A DNA stretch of 64,000 nucleotides from Desulfatiglandales bacterium (lineage in GTDB: Bacteria > Desulfobacterota > DSM-4660 > Desulfatiglandales > Desulfatiglandaceae): contig OY759599.1 in the NCBI GenBank assembly GCA_963662465.1, positions 4,352,001 to 4,416,000 on the forward strand. The letters run 5' to 3'. Positions 1 to 11,048 of this stretch are shown here, piece after piece; within the stretch, counting starts at the first letter, position 1, and each line of letters opens with the position of its first letter. The notes beneath the pieces were generated by a model. That model made no database searches. It was not told the origin of the DNA and was given only the letters and a program-made list of their open reading frames with translations. The translations under genes and the position numbers were made by a program.

Positions 1-319
1 TCGAAATTATCCATTTGCGAACGATCCATCCCCACTTTGAAACGCTTTTGAACGATCTTGCGGAACCCATAAAGGCCATCGAAAATGATCGGAACCTTTC
101 AACCCTCAGAGTCTACCGTCATCCGCGATTGGACACCGAAGTAATCATTCATATTCATTGGACCGGTCGTAAACCGCAAGTCCTTGAAAGCGCACTCGGA
201 TTGCGTCTTGCAAATTTATTGGATGAATACGGAACCGCAAACCACTCCATATGGATGGAATGGCTGGAAAACAAAGGAGATGGGGGCGATCTTCAAAACC
301 TATCGCACAATGATAACGG

Positions 320-1477
320 ATGCTCAAAATGAAAATCATGAACTCCACATATCAACGCGCCTCAAAATATGGCGCACTCCTTTTTTTCAACCTGCTCTTC
401 AGTTCCAACCTTTTATATGCGGGAACGCAAAGCATGCATACGCATGAAACCGCTTCCGGATCAGCATTGGCCGAAAAAACGACATGGGCGGATACTGAAT
501 CAAAACATCAAACTCACCCCGAAACCCATGAAGACGCCTTGTCGATCCTGTTCGGAAACGACTATTTTGCAGGCAACGACAGTCGGTATACCAGCGGATT
601 TGGTCTGGCTTGGACTTCGGCGGATATCAATGCCTTTGGACCGAGTCATCCATATGCAAAAATAGGAAACCTTCTCGCCTTTATTCCAACAGTCAAAAAT
701 TCAACCTATAAAAAGTATCTGCAGTTTACCCTTGGCATGGAGATCTACACGGCAGAGGACATTACCATGCCCGATCCCCCGAAAAACGACCATCCATATG
801 CCGGCATTCTGTATCTGGATAATTCAATCATATCCATCGGGCCCGGGTCGAGCCATCAATTCAATCTTCGACTCGGGGTGGTGGGCCCGGCTTCCGGGGC
901 CGAATACGTTCAAACACGCTTTCACGAAATCATCGACTCCCCGGCGCCCCGGGGGTGGGACACGCAGCTTCGGAATGAGCCCATCGTAAACCTCTTTTAT
1001 CAATACGGTCGTCGCCTGGTCCGAAATGCCCCTTTGGATCATTTCGGTTTTGATTTGACGGCAAACGGAGGCGGAGGGCTCGGTAATTACTACACGGGCG
1101 CCAACATCGGTTTGACGGCGAGAATCGGTTGCAATCTTCCGGATACCTACTCATCCATGCCGATTTTAGGAGAAGCGGCATCCCTCGCCGGACTCTCGCC
1201 CGCCGGCAACAATTTCCGCTGTTACGCATTTCTGGAACCACGGTTTTTCGGCGTCCTCAGGTGGCTCCCGACGGATGGAAATACCTTTGTCGACAGCCGA
1301 AGCGGCGACAGAGACCGCTGGTTTTCCAATCTTTCCCTCGGGTTGGTATTGGGGTACGGAAAATTCGCTCTTTCATGTATATATCACAACATCGTCGGCG
1401 CGTTCTGTTTCAAAAACACCGTTTCCGGCAATCAGGATAGTTACGGCACCGTTATTTTAACGGTTTTTCTGGGTTAA
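320..1477 (+). CDS. Lipid A deacylase LpxR-family (DUF2219) outer-membrane protein
   Basis: 385 aa; N-terminal hydrophobic signal-like segment; NDYFAGNDSRYTSG, PYAGILY and GWDTQLRNEP motifs typical of the LpxR family. Start may be 329 or 338. Confidence 0.8.
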   Translation: MLKMKIMNSTYQRASKYGALLFFNLLFSSNLLYAGTQSMHTHETASGSALAEKTTWADTESKHQTHPETHEDALSILFGNDYFAGNDSRYTSGFGLAWTSADINAFGPSHPYAKIGNLLAFIPTVKNSTYKKYLQFTLGMEIYTAEDITMPDPPKNDHPYAGILYLDNSIISIGPGSSHQFNLRLGVVGPASGAEYVQTRFHEIIDSPAPRGWDTQLRNEPIVNLFYQYGRRLVRNAPLDHFGFDLTANGGGGLGNYYTGANIGLTARIGCNLPDTYSSMPILGEAASLAGLSPAGNNFRCYAFLEPRFFGVLRWLPTDGNTFVDSRSGDRDRWFSNLSLGLVLGYGKFALSCIYHNIVGAFCFKNTVSGNQDSYGTVILTVFLG

Positions 1478-1569
1478 GCCCTTGGTCCAAAATGATTTGC
1501 GCAACAAGCCGCATGGTTTTTCCTGAAAACCCATGCGTTTAAAAGAGCCTTTAATTATCGGAGAAAAAA

Positions 1570-4224
1570 ATGAAATCCTTAAGAAACAAAATTATTGATT
1601 TTTCGATCAATCATTACAAACAGGCAACCCTGTTTATGGTACTGCTAACCCTTGCGGCGGCCATGTTTTTCCCGTGGGTGGTAATCGACACCGATCCCGA
1701 GAACATGCTCCCCATAGACGAACCCCACCGCGTATTCCACAATCAAACTAAAAAAACGTTTTCTCTCAGTGAAATCGTAGTGGTGGGCGTTGTAAACGAA
1801 CATGATCCAGACGGCGTTTACAATCCGGAGACCCTCTCCAGAATTTATGAGCTAACCGAATTCGCCAAAACCCTTCGGTGGCCCGATGAAAAAAATCCCG
1901 GGGCTTTTACGGGCGTCATCGAAGCGGATATGGTGGGGCCGTCGTTAACGGATCACATGAGCCAGGGCGGCCCCGGCGTGATCCGGTTCGAATGGCTCAT
2001 GAGCAAACCGCCCAAAACCAGGGAAGAGGCCCTGGCCATCCGGGACAAGGCCTTCAGCAATCCCCTGCTCAAGGGGAGGATGTTCTCGGAAGACGGCAAG
2101 GCCATGTGCATCTATCTGCCGCTCACCGACAAACACCTGAGTTACAGGATTTACAACGAATTACAGCAAAAAACAGCGGAACTGGGCGGCCGGGAAGCGT
2201 ATCACATCGCCGGTCTGCCGGTGGCGGAGGTGGCCATCGGCGTGGAGATGTTTTCCCAAATGGGGGTGGGAAGCGCCCTGTCCATGGCGGTCATATTCGC
2301 CCTTCTGTGGTTCTTTTTTCGTAAATTGCGGCTGATCATCCTGCCCATGATTATTGCTATGTTTTCGGTGATCACCACCATGGGGCTTTTAATCGCATCG
2401 GGTTTTCCGGTTCATATCATGAGTTCCATGATTCCCATTTTCCTCATGTGCATCGGCGTGGTGAGTTCCATCCATATTCTTTCGGAATTTTTTGATATTT
2501 ACACCCGGGAAAAGGGCCGCAAAGAGAGCATCCGGGAAGTGATGCACACCCTTTTCATTCCCATTTTGTATACCTCTCTCACGACGGCCGCCGGCTTTTT
2601 TTCGCTGACCTTCACTTCCATACCGCCGATGCGGATCTTCGGTGCGTATCTCAGCATCGGCGTCATGATCGCATGGCTTTATACGGTCGTATTCGTTCCC
2701 GCCTATATCATGATGATTCCCGAACGAAAATTAAAAAACTTCGGCATGTCCGCCCACGGAACCGAAAAAGAAAACGGGTTGACCCGATTGCTGAGGGCCA
2801 CGGGAGGGTTGACCTATCATCGCGCAAAATCGGTTCTGTTTTTATTGGCCGTTTTAATCGGCATCGCCGTATGGGGCATTACCCAAATCAGAGTCAACGA
2901 CAATTACGCCAAGCGGTTCACGGGCAGCCACCCCATCCGCAAAGCGGATGTCGCTTTCAACAAACATCTGGACGGCACCTATGCCGCCTACCTGATCCTG
3001 CAAGGAGAAAAACCGGGGGACACAACATCCCGGGACATAGAAACATTGGGGAAACGGATGGCGGAATTTGCAAATGACATCAAGGCGGAATTTACCCGTG
3101 CTCCGGATCTCGCCGGAAGCATCCGGGAAGATTTGCAGCGGTTGAATGAAGATGATTTGCCGTATGATAATTATCTCAATGCGCTCATGGGGCATATTGA
3201 CGCCCTGGCCGAAACCGCTCCGGACGACGACTATGACGCTTTTCAGGAACTTCGCGCCTTCATCGGCGTTCAAAAAGAAAGCCTAAAAGTGTTCAAACGT
3301 CCGGAAGTGCTGGCATACATGGCAGCCCTTCAAAAACATCTTGATGATTCGGGACTGGTGGGGAAAACGACCTCCATCGCCGATGTGGTTTGCAAGGTCA
3401 ATCAGGAGCTCATTGACGGAAAACCCGAAAACTTCCGCATACCGGAAACGTCCCAAGGCGTTGCGGAGTGCTTTCTGCAATTCCAGCAGGGACACCGGCC
3501 GCAGGATTTATGGCATATGACGACCCCGGACTATATGCAGGCCAATATTTGGGTCCAGATGACCACCGGCAACAGCATGGACATGAGGGCGGTCGTAAAC
3601 GAAGTGGATGCATACATGGAAGCCCATGAACCGCCCGCCCAACTGATGTATCGCTGGGCCGGACTGCACTATATCAATCACGTGATGGAGGGCATCCTCA
3701 TCTCGGGCATGATCAAGTCCCTTCTGGGCAGCTTTGTCATCGTCTTTATCATGATGGCCGTGCTGTTTCGTTCATTGCTGTGGGGGCTTTTGTGCATGGC
3801 GCCTTTGACCATCACCATTGTGGCCATTTACGGCATCGTGGGGCTCACGGGAAAAGATTACGATCTGCCCATTGCGGTGCTGGGCGCTCTGGCGCTGGGC
3901 ATGGCCGTCGATTTCGCCATTCATTTTCTCCAACGATCCCGCGTCAAATACGGGGAAAAGGGGGCCTGGAAAGACGTCATTTCCCCCATGTTCGGGGAGC
4001 CGGCCCGGGCCATCAGCCGAAACGTGCTGGTCATCGCCATCGGATTTCTGCCGCTTTTGACGGCGCCCTTGATCCCATACAAGACCATGGGCGTGATGCT
4101 CTTTACCATCATGAGTCTTTCAGGGATTATCACGTTGTTGGTCCTGCCGTCCATACTGACCCTGTGCGAAAAATGGTTCTTCAAGAAATTCAATCATCAA
4201 AACCAAGATTTTGATAAATCGTAA
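1570..4224 (+). CDS. MMPL/RND-superfamily membrane transporter
   Basis: 884 aa; two TM bundles separated by large soluble loops; DTDPENML at the N-terminus and GMAVDFAIH in the second half. Confidence 0.85.
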   Translation: MKSLRNKIIDFSINHYKQATLFMVLLTLAAAMFFPWVVIDTDPENMLPIDEPHRVFHNQTKKTFSLSEIVVVGVVNEHDPDGVYNPETLSRIYELTEFAKTLRWPDEKNPGAFTGVIEADMVGPSLTDHMSQGGPGVIRFEWLMSKPPKTREEALAIRDKAFSNPLLKGRMFSEDGKAMCIYLPLTDKHLSYRIYNELQQKTAELGGREAYHIAGLPVAEVAIGVEMFSQMGVGSALSMAVIFALLWFFFRKLRLIILPMIIAMFSVITTMGLLIASGFPVHIMSSMIPIFLMCIGVVSSIHILSEFFDIYTREKGRKESIREVMHTLFIPILYTSLTTAAGFFSLTFTSIPPMRIFGAYLSIGVMIAWLYTVVFVPAYIMMIPERKLKNFGMSAHGTEKENGLTRLLRATGGLTYHRAKSVLFLLAVLIGIAVWGITQIRVNDNYAKRFTGSHPIRKADVAFNKHLDGTYAAYLILQGEKPGDTTSRDIETLGKRMAEFANDIKAEFTRAPDLAGSIREDLQRLNEDDLPYDNYLNALMGHIDALAETAPDDDYDAFQELRAFIGVQKESLKVFKRPEVLAYMAALQKHLDDSGLVGKTTSIADVVCKVNQELIDGKPENFRIPETSQGVAECFLQFQQGHRPQDLWHMTTPDYMQANIWVQMTTGNSMDMRAVVNEVDAYMEAHEPPAQLMYRWAGLHYINHVMEGILISGMIKSLLGSFVIVFIMMAVLFRSLLWGLLCMAPLTITIVAIYGIVGLTGKDYDLPIAVLGALALGMAVDFAIHFLQRSRVKYGEKGAWKDVISPMFGEPARAISRNVLVIAIGFLPLLTAPLIPYKTMGVMLFTIMSLSGIITLLVLPSILTLCEKWFFKKFNHQNQDFDKS

Positions 4225-4249
4225 ACTTCAAAACAAACGGAGGGAAAAA

Positions 4250-5092
4250 ATGAAAAAGATCAATGGCATTTTATTCATGATGACGGTTGTGTTGTTTGCC
4301 CTGCCCCCCTGGACTTTGGCGGAAAAATCCCCTGAACCCATGTCGGCGGATGAAATCATTGGAAAAGCCAACCATGCGGCCCTGTATCAGGGGCACGACA
4401 GCAAAGGCAAGGTGAAAATGGTGATTATGGACAAACAGGGCCGCGAGCGAAAACGGGAATTGAACATGCTTCGAAAAGACGTCGGAGATGCGGACGGAGA
4501 TCAAAAATACTTCGTCTATTTTCAGGCGCCGGCGGATGTTCGAAAGATGATCTTCATGGTGCACAAACATGCGGAACCGGACAAGGAAGACGATCGCTGG
4601 CTCTACATGCCCAGCCTGGATCTGGTGAAACGGATCGCCGGGGGCGACAAACGCACCAGCTTCGCGGGATCGGATTTTCTGTATGAGGACATATCCGGCC
4701 GCAATGTGGAGGCGGACGTTCATGAATTGATTGAGACAACGGATGCGCATTATGTGGTCAAAAACACGCCGAAACAGCCCGACGACGTGGAATTCGGGCA
4801 CTACAATGCCTATCTGGACAAAAACACTTTCATTCCCATGAAAATAGAATATTTCCGGAAAGACGGTCGCCCTTATCGCGTTATCAAGTCCACCAAAATC
4901 GAAGAAATCGAAGCCGGGGAAGACGGAAAAAAAGTGGTCTACCCGACGGTGGTCGAGTCCATTGCCGAGGATATGGAAAGCGGCTCCAAAACCATCATGA
5001 CATTTTCCAATATCCGGTACAACATCGGGATAAAGGACTCTATTTTTTCCGAACGCTATCTGAGAAGGCCGCCCAGGGAGGCCATGCGATAG
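4250..5092 (+). CDS. Outer-membrane lipoprotein-sorting (LolA-like) periplasmic protein
   Basis: GGAGG RBS before ATG 4250; signal peptide; DDRWLYMPSLDLVKRIA and SFAGSDFLYEDI motifs; usual partner of MMPL proteins. Confidence 0.8.
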   Translation: MKKINGILFMMTVVLFALPPWTLAEKSPEPMSADEIIGKANHAALYQGHDSKGKVKMVIMDKQGRERKRELNMLRKDVGDADGDQKYFVYFQAPADVRKMIFMVHKHAEPDKEDDRWLYMPSLDLVKRIAGGDKRTSFAGSDFLYEDISGRNVEADVHELIETTDAHYVVKNTPKQPDDVEFGHYNAYLDKNTFIPMKIEYFRKDGRPYRVIKSTKIEEIEAGEDGKKVVYPTVVESIAEDMESGSKTIMTFSNIRYNIGIKDSIFSERYLRRPPREAMR

Positions 5093-5096
5093 GAAC

Positions 5097-6380
5097 ATGA
5101 AGACTTTTAAAAAACCTGTCCTGGCAATTTTTATATGGACCCTGATCCCGCTTTCATGGCTTCATGCCGGGGAAACGGAGGACGGCGATCTTTGGAACCA
5201 TTTTGCGCCCGTTGAATTCAACGGTTTTCTTGAACTGCGAGGGGGCATGCGCACCCAATACGACGCTTATGAAAAGGATATTTCCGTCATGGAAGCCCGG
5301 GCACAGGTGGAGCTTTTCACCTACACCGACTGGGCGGAATTCAAATACAAGGGGGACGGTTGGGCCGACGGCGTTCTTGAAAGGTTCGAGTACGATACCC
5401 GCGAGGCCTTTATCTTTTCAAGGCCCAGCGATTTCCTGGACGTAAAAATCGGCCGCCAGATCCTCACCTGGGGAACGGGGGACCTGGTCTTTTTAAACGA
5501 CCTGTTCCCCAAGGACTGGCAGTCTTTTTTTATCGGACGGGACAGTGAGTATCTCAAGGCCCCCTCGGATGCGGCCAAATTCAGCATTTTTTCGGAAAAG
5601 ATTGCCTGTATGGACTTGGTGTACACCCCCAAGTTCGACCCGGACCGCTTTGTGAACGGCGAATATCTCTCCTATTGGAGCGGCGCCCTGCACCGGATCG
5701 TGGGCCGGGATGCCATCGTGGTCACAGATACGCCCGACCGTTGGTTCAGGGACGATGAAATCGCAGTTCGCATATACCGAAACATGCACGGGTTTGAATA
5801 TGCCCTCTACGGCTATTGGGGATTCTGGAAAAACCCAGCCGGACAGACACCTGCGGGCATCGCACTTTTTCCGGGGCTAAATGTTTACGGCGCCAGTGTC
5901 CGGGGGAACGTGGGACCCGGCATCGGAAACATCGAACTGGCCTATTATGATTCAACGGATGACGCGGACGGCGACAATCCAGCTATACGAAATTCCGAAA
6001 TTCGGTATCTTGCGGGATATACCCAGGAGATCGCAAAAGATTTTAACGGAAGTCTGCAATACTATGTGGAACAGATGCTCGATTACGGCGATTACAAAAA
6101 GGGCATCCAGGGAAGTACCGCCAAGGATCATATAAGGCATGTCATCACGCTGCAGCTGACAAAACTGCTGATGAACCAGAACCTGGAACTGACCCTCAAT
6201 GCCTATTACTCCCCCAGCGATCAAGATGCCTACCTGATGCCGAAGATCCACTACAAATACACGGACCAGATCGGAATGGAGATCGGGGGGAATTTCTTCT
6301 TCGGCAGCGACGAACATACTTTTTTTTCCCAGTTCGAAAACAACAGCAATGTATATGCGGCCATCCGCTACAGTTTTTAA
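5097..6380 (+). CDS. Outer-membrane beta-barrel protein (DUF1302-like)
   Basis: Signal peptide, GRQILTWG motif, C-terminal YSF; third gene of the MMPL-LolA-OMP trio. Confidence 0.65.
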   Translation: MKTFKKPVLAIFIWTLIPLSWLHAGETEDGDLWNHFAPVEFNGFLELRGGMRTQYDAYEKDISVMEARAQVELFTYTDWAEFKYKGDGWADGVLERFEYDTREAFIFSRPSDFLDVKIGRQILTWGTGDLVFLNDLFPKDWQSFFIGRDSEYLKAPSDAAKFSIFSEKIACMDLVYTPKFDPDRFVNGEYLSYWSGALHRIVGRDAIVVTDTPDRWFRDDEIAVRIYRNMHGFEYALYGYWGFWKNPAGQTPAGIALFPGLNVYGASVRGNVGPGIGNIELAYYDSTDDADGDNPAIRNSEIRYLAGYTQEIAKDFNGSLQYYVEQMLDYGDYKKGIQGSTAKDHIRHVITLQLTKLLMNQNLELTLNAYYSPSDQDAYLMPKIHYKYTDQIGMEIGGNFFFGSDEHTFFSQFENNSNVYAAIRYSF

Positions 6381-6413
6381 GAGGTTACGGGAGTATTTTA
6401 AGGAGACGACACC

Positions 6414-9400
6414 ATGCTCAGTCTGGGATTGGATATCGGATATTCATCCATCAAATTGGCGTTGATCGACAGCGACAACAGGATAATATATCACGTCTAT
6501 AAATTGCATAGGGGCAACATCAGGGAAACCCTGGGCTCCGCCATCGAAGATCTTTTGAGACACCCTGAAGCCGGAAAGATACGGCGGGGGGCCGTTACCG
6601 GCAGCGGCGGCAGAGGCCTCTCTAAGAAAAGCAATATCACGTTTGTGAACGAGGCCACGGCCATTGTGGAAGGGGCTATTGCTGAAAACAACACCTGTAA
6701 ATCCATTATCGAAATCGGAGGGCAGAGCGCAAAATACATCAGCGATTTCGGCGCCGAAGACAAGTCGGGCATCAAGATTTCCATGAATTCCAACTGTTCC
6801 GCCGGTACCGGTTCGTTTCTGGAAGAACAGGTTTCCCGATTGAAATTGAAGTTGGAAGACTACGCTTCGTATGCGGAAAAAGCCGCAACCATCCCCCGAA
6901 TCGCAGGGAGGTGCAGCGTATTTGCCAAGACGGACATCACCCACCACCAGCAGGAAGGGGTTCCGGTTGAGGATATTTTATGGGGGTTGGCCCATGCCAT
7001 GGTCAGAAATTACCGGGGATCGGTCATGCGAAAACTCCCCATGAAAAAGCCCATCTTGTTTGTGGGGGGGGTTGCCCATAATCGGGCCATTGTCAAAGCC
7101 TTTAAACAAATACTCAAGTTGGGAGAGGAACAACTCATTGTCCCCGAACATTTTGCCGTTATCGGCGCACTGGGGGCCGCCGTCATGGCGAATCATGGAA
7201 AATTCGCCTTGAATACGGATGAATTGCTCAACGCCTTGGAACAAAATAATGTTTTCTTTGAGGAGGACCGTTCAAAGGCGCCATTGCCGAATCTGTTGCC
7301 CTTTGGCGAAGACGACGCTTCGGGAAAGCATGATTTTGAGCCCATCAATTCCGGGCCTGACGTTCTGGTATGCTGGCTGGGTATCGATGTGGGGTCAACC
7401 AGCACCAATTTGGTTCTCGTGGATCAAAAGAATCGCATGGTTTCGTTCCAATACCTGAGGACCCTGGGCAAACCCCTGGCGGCGGTGCAAAAAGGATTGA
7501 ACAATATTAACAACGAATTCGGAAACAGGATTAGAATCGCAGGGGTCGGCGCAACGGGCTCCGGCAGGTTGATGATCGGAAAGGCGGTGGGCGCCGATGT
7601 GGTCAAAGACGAAATTACGAGTCAGGCCAAAGCCGCCGTTCACCTTGACCCCGCCGTGGACACCATATTTGAAATCGGAGGACAGGATTCAAAATACATC
7701 GGCCTGAAAAACGGCGTTGTCAGGGATTTCCAAATGAACAAAATCTGTGCCGCGGGAACCGGTTCATTTATCGAAGAACAGGCCGTGAAATTCAACCTTC
7801 CAATTCAGGATTTCGGCAGGATGGCCCTTGATGGTTCCGACCCTATTGCGTTGGGAGAACGATGCACGGTTTTCATGGAAACCAGCGTTGCGGCTCATCT
7901 GGCAAGGGGCGCCCGCCTGGAGGATATGGCCTCGGGGCTTTGTTATTCTATTGTCAAGAATTACCTCAACCGGGTTGTCGGGCAAAAACGTATCGGAGAA
8001 AGGGTTTTTTTACAGGGCGGCATTGCCTACAATCAAGGAGTCGTCAACGCCTTCAGGGCCCTGACCGGAAAGTCCATTGAGGTTCCGCCCTTTTTCAGCG
8101 TTACCGGGGCCTACGGGGTTGCCATGCTGGCCCGGGAAGAGATGCATCCCGGCGGGACGCGCTTCGGGGGGTTCGATATCCAAACGGACATCCTCCGTCG
8201 TGATCAGGATGAGGATGATAGAGAAAGTAAGGACAGCGCCGAACTATTTAATGATGCCATTGCCGATCTCATTTTCGAGGGATACGACGGCGCACGGGCG
8301 CCCGAAAGAAAAACAGTGGGCATTCCGAGAGCGCTTTTCACCTATGGCATGTTCTCCATGTTCAATGCTTTCTTTCGGGAGCTCGGCTTCAATGTCTTGT
8401 TGTCCGAACCGACCCATGAAAAAACCATCCAATGGGCACAGGAATACGCGCTGGATGAAACCTGCTATCCCGTCAAATTGATCAACGGTCATGTTGCGGA
8501 ACTGATCCGAAAAAAGGTCGACTTCATTTTCTTTCCGGATCTTTTCACGGTGGAGCATCCGGGATCCCACACAAGGCAAAATTACGGATGCGCCTATATG
8601 CAGCTGGCCTTCAAAATCGTCAACCAGGCCATGGAATTAAAAACAAAAGGCATAACGCTTCTGGCCCCCACCATTGCCTTCAGTTTCGGCAAGGAATTTA
8701 TGATGAAAAGTTTTATGGGCCTGGGACGGCAGCTCGGGAAAAGCCCCGAACAGACAGCCTTCGCCCTTCAAAAGGGGATGCAGTCTTTTCATGCTTTCGA
8801 AAAAAGAATCGAGAAAAAGGGGCAGGACATTATCAGCGAAATCGATCCCAAGGAAAAAACCTTCGTCATCATATCGAAAATCTACGGAATAGCCGACCGG
8901 ATATTAAATATGAAAATACCCGGAAGGCTCATGGATATGGGATACAAGGCAGTGCCTTTCTACTATCTGCCGGAAGGCGATATCTCCAAAAGACACCCCA
9001 ATATGTACTGGCCTTTCGGCCAGCATATCCTCAATTCCGCACTGTTCATAAAAGATCACCCCAATTTCTACGGGATTCTGCTCACCCATCACGGATGCGG
9101 CCCGGATTCGGTCCTCACCCATTTCTTTAAGGAAATGATGGGAGACAAACCCTACTTGAACATAGAGGTGGATGAACATTCCTCCCATGTGGGGGTCATC
9201 ACCCGGCTGGAAGCCTTTGTCAACAGCCTGAGCAAGACCCCGCCCAAAAAAATTGACGACTCGCCGTCGTATTTAAAAAACGTTGTTCAGGAAAAAGTGA
9301 ATATCGATACCTCCCTGACCGGATTGAGACGCAACACCACGGTGTATTTACCCAACCTTTATCCCTATTCCTTTATTTTCGGAAAAATACTCGCGAACAA

Positions 9401-10406
9401 GGGCATCCCCGCCGGCGTGCTGCCGTTTACGGACGGAACTTCCATCGACGCGGGCCGGAAATTCGCTCTTACCAATGAATACTTTTCTCTCACGGGTCTT
9501 TTGGGAGACATCCTCACGTTTCTCAGCGGTCGGAAAAACCATGATGACGCCGCCATTTTGATCCCTCAAACGGAAGGCGCGGAAGTACACGGGCAATACA
9601 ATCGATATTTGAGAACAAAACTGGACGAAAACGGATACGAAAATATAAAAATCATAGCGCCTTTTTTGGAAGACGCTCTGTTCGCCTCCCATGACAACAT
9701 GAAATCAATCCGGTTGGGCCTGCTGGCGGGAGACCTGATTCGAATCGCCCCTCCGAAATTGAGAAACGGATACCTTGAAAGGGTGCTGGCGGCCATGGGC
9801 GGCGAAAGTTTTAAAATCGAAGATCTGGAAGATACGGCACAAAAAATACAAAGGGAGCTGCAAACCATAGTAAACTCAAAAAAGATATTTGCTGCGGGAG
9901 AGCCTTTTCTTCTTTACAATGATTACTTGAACAACTTTTTATTCAGGGATCTGGAAAAAAACGGGCGCCGGGTCGTCTACAGCCCCTTAAGCGAGTGCAT
10001 GTGGTTGACATGGCGCGACCATGTGGCGCGGAATCCGGGAGAAAAGGAACAGGCAGCGCGACAACGGTTGGAAGACTTCCGGCAAGAGATCAATAGGATA
10101 TCCCGTTGCCTGGGAGACGAGAGCCCCTTTGAGGAAAGCATGGATGACCTCATCGGCATTGCCGATAAAACCGTCGGTTTCTACGCCGGGGCCCAGGGAC
10201 GATACCGAGAGGCCAAAATACTCTGCGATTTGCCGAATATCCAGGGGATTGTCAACGCGACGGCCATGTATGAAAACACCGGCATCGCATTGGGCATTCT
10301 GCACAGGGGTTTTGAGAATAAAAAACCGGTTCTCAATCTGACATTCGACGGAAATAAAAACGAAAATGATCAAACCAAAATAGACGCTTTCCTCTGCTAC
10401 TTGTAG
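6414..10406 (+). CDS. Fused 2-hydroxyacyl-CoA dehydratase activase (2x BcrAD/BadFG ASKHA ATPase + DUF2229)
   Basis: GLDIGYSS and GIDVGSTSTN ATPase motifs, two C-x-AGTGSF motifs, RCSVF/RCTVF cysteines, ETCYPVK and GCGPDS motifs. Confidence 0.9.
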   Translation: MLSLGLDIGYSSIKLALIDSDNRIIYHVYKLHRGNIRETLGSAIEDLLRHPEAGKIRRGAVTGSGGRGLSKKSNITFVNEATAIVEGAIAENNTCKSIIEIGGQSAKYISDFGAEDKSGIKISMNSNCSAGTGSFLEEQVSRLKLKLEDYASYAEKAATIPRIAGRCSVFAKTDITHHQQEGVPVEDILWGLAHAMVRNYRGSVMRKLPMKKPILFVGGVAHNRAIVKAFKQILKLGEEQLIVPEHFAVIGALGAAVMANHGKFALNTDELLNALEQNNVFFEEDRSKAPLPNLLPFGEDDASGKHDFEPINSGPDVLVCWLGIDVGSTSTNLVLVDQKNRMVSFQYLRTLGKPLAAVQKGLNNINNEFGNRIRIAGVGATGSGRLMIGKAVGADVVKDEITSQAKAAVHLDPAVDTIFEIGGQDSKYIGLKNGVVRDFQMNKICAAGTGSFIEEQAVKFNLPIQDFGRMALDGSDPIALGERCTVFMETSVAAHLARGARLEDMASGLCYSIVKNYLNRVVGQKRIGERVFLQGGIAYNQGVVNAFRALTGKSIEVPPFFSVTGAYGVAMLAREEMHPGGTRFGGFDIQTDILRRDQDEDDRESKDSAELFNDAIADLIFEGYDGARAPERKTVGIPRALFTYGMFSMFNAFFRELGFNVLLSEPTHEKTIQWAQEYALDETCYPVKLINGHVAELIRKKVDFIFFPDLFTVEHPGSHTRQNYGCAYMQLAFKIVNQAMELKTKGITLLAPTIAFSFGKEFMMKSFMGLGRQLGKSPEQTAFALQKGMQSFHAFEKRIEKKGQDIISEIDPKEKTFVIISKIYGIADRILNMKIPGRLMDMGYKAVPFYYLPEGDISKRHPNMYWPFGQHILNSALFIKDHPNFYGILLTHHGCGPDSVLTHFFKEMMGDKPYLNIEVDEHSSHVGVITRLEAFVNSLSKTPPKKIDDSPSYLKNVVQEKVNIDTSLTGLRRNTTVYLPNLYPYSFIFGKILANKGIPAGVLPFTDGTSIDAGRKFALTNEYFSLTGLLGDILTFLSGRKNHDDAAILIPQTEGAEVHGQYNRYLRTKLDENGYENIKIIAPFLEDALFASHDNMKSIRLGLLAGDLIRIAPPKLRNGYLERVLAAMGGESFKIEDLEDTAQKIQRELQTIVNSKKIFAAGEPFLLYNDYLNNFLFRDLEKNGRRVVYSPLSECMWLTWRDHVARNPGEKEQAARQRLEDFRQEINRISRCLGDESPFEESMDDLIGIADKTVGFYAGAQGRYREAKILCDLPNIQGIVNATAMYENTGIALGILHRGFENKKPVLNLTFDGNKNENDQTKIDAFLCYL

Positions 10407-10450
10407 GTCGTCGGAACACGGGTTTGGTCCATAAAATAAGGAGAAAGCAT

Positions 10451-11002
10451 ATGGAAATATTGCATAACGATCCCATCGTACTCAAACCGGTGGGTTTTGT
10501 CCGAAACGAAATGGATGAACCTTTTCTCAAGGCCGGAGAAGAGGGCATAGAAATGAAGGAGCGGATGGCGGCCGTAAAGGCCCAGGTTCGTAAAATTCGA
10601 AAAATGAAATCGGACATCATCATCAACCCTGAGCTGGCCGGGACCCTGGAGGACATTGAGGCCTATTCGCATCTGGTGATCCTGTACTGGGCGCACAAGG
10701 CACCCGAAAAAAGCCGCTCGCTCACCCGGGTGCATCCCATGGGCAGAAAGGAAATACCCCTGACCGGTCTGTTTTCCACTTGCAGCCCGGCACGGCCCAA
10801 CCCGGTTCTCACCACCGTGGTTCGGTTATGCGGAAGAAAGGACAACGTTCTGGAAGTGGCCGGCATCGACGCCGTCAATGGAAGCCCCGTCATCGATATT
10901 AAACCGTACGTCAAGGAGTGGTACCCTCAAAAGGAAGTACGGATTCCGGAATGGATGCGGCGACTCATGGCGGAAATTGAAGAAGACGGCTTAGAGGCAT
11001 AA
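10451..11002 (+). CDS. TsaA/TrmO-like SAM-binding methyltransferase, copy 1
   Basis: LKPVGFV, SHLVILYWAH, GLFSTCSPARPNP and GSPVIDIKPY motifs. Confidence 0.85.
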   Translation: MEILHNDPIVLKPVGFVRNEMDEPFLKAGEEGIEMKERMAAVKAQVRKIRKMKSDIIINPELAGTLEDIEAYSHLVILYWAHKAPEKSRSLTRVHPMGRKEIPLTGLFSTCSPARPNPVLTTVVRLCGRKDNVLEVAGIDAVNGSPVIDIKPYVKEWYPQKEVRIPEWMRRLMAEIEEDGLEA

Positions 11003-11048
11003 CAAAGCCCACAAGGCAAAAATATGTTCATAAAATTAAGAGGTCATC

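Noticed and set aside
15..332. ORF at the window edge
   Set aside because: Probably the 3' end of a gene starting outside the window; no motif recognised.
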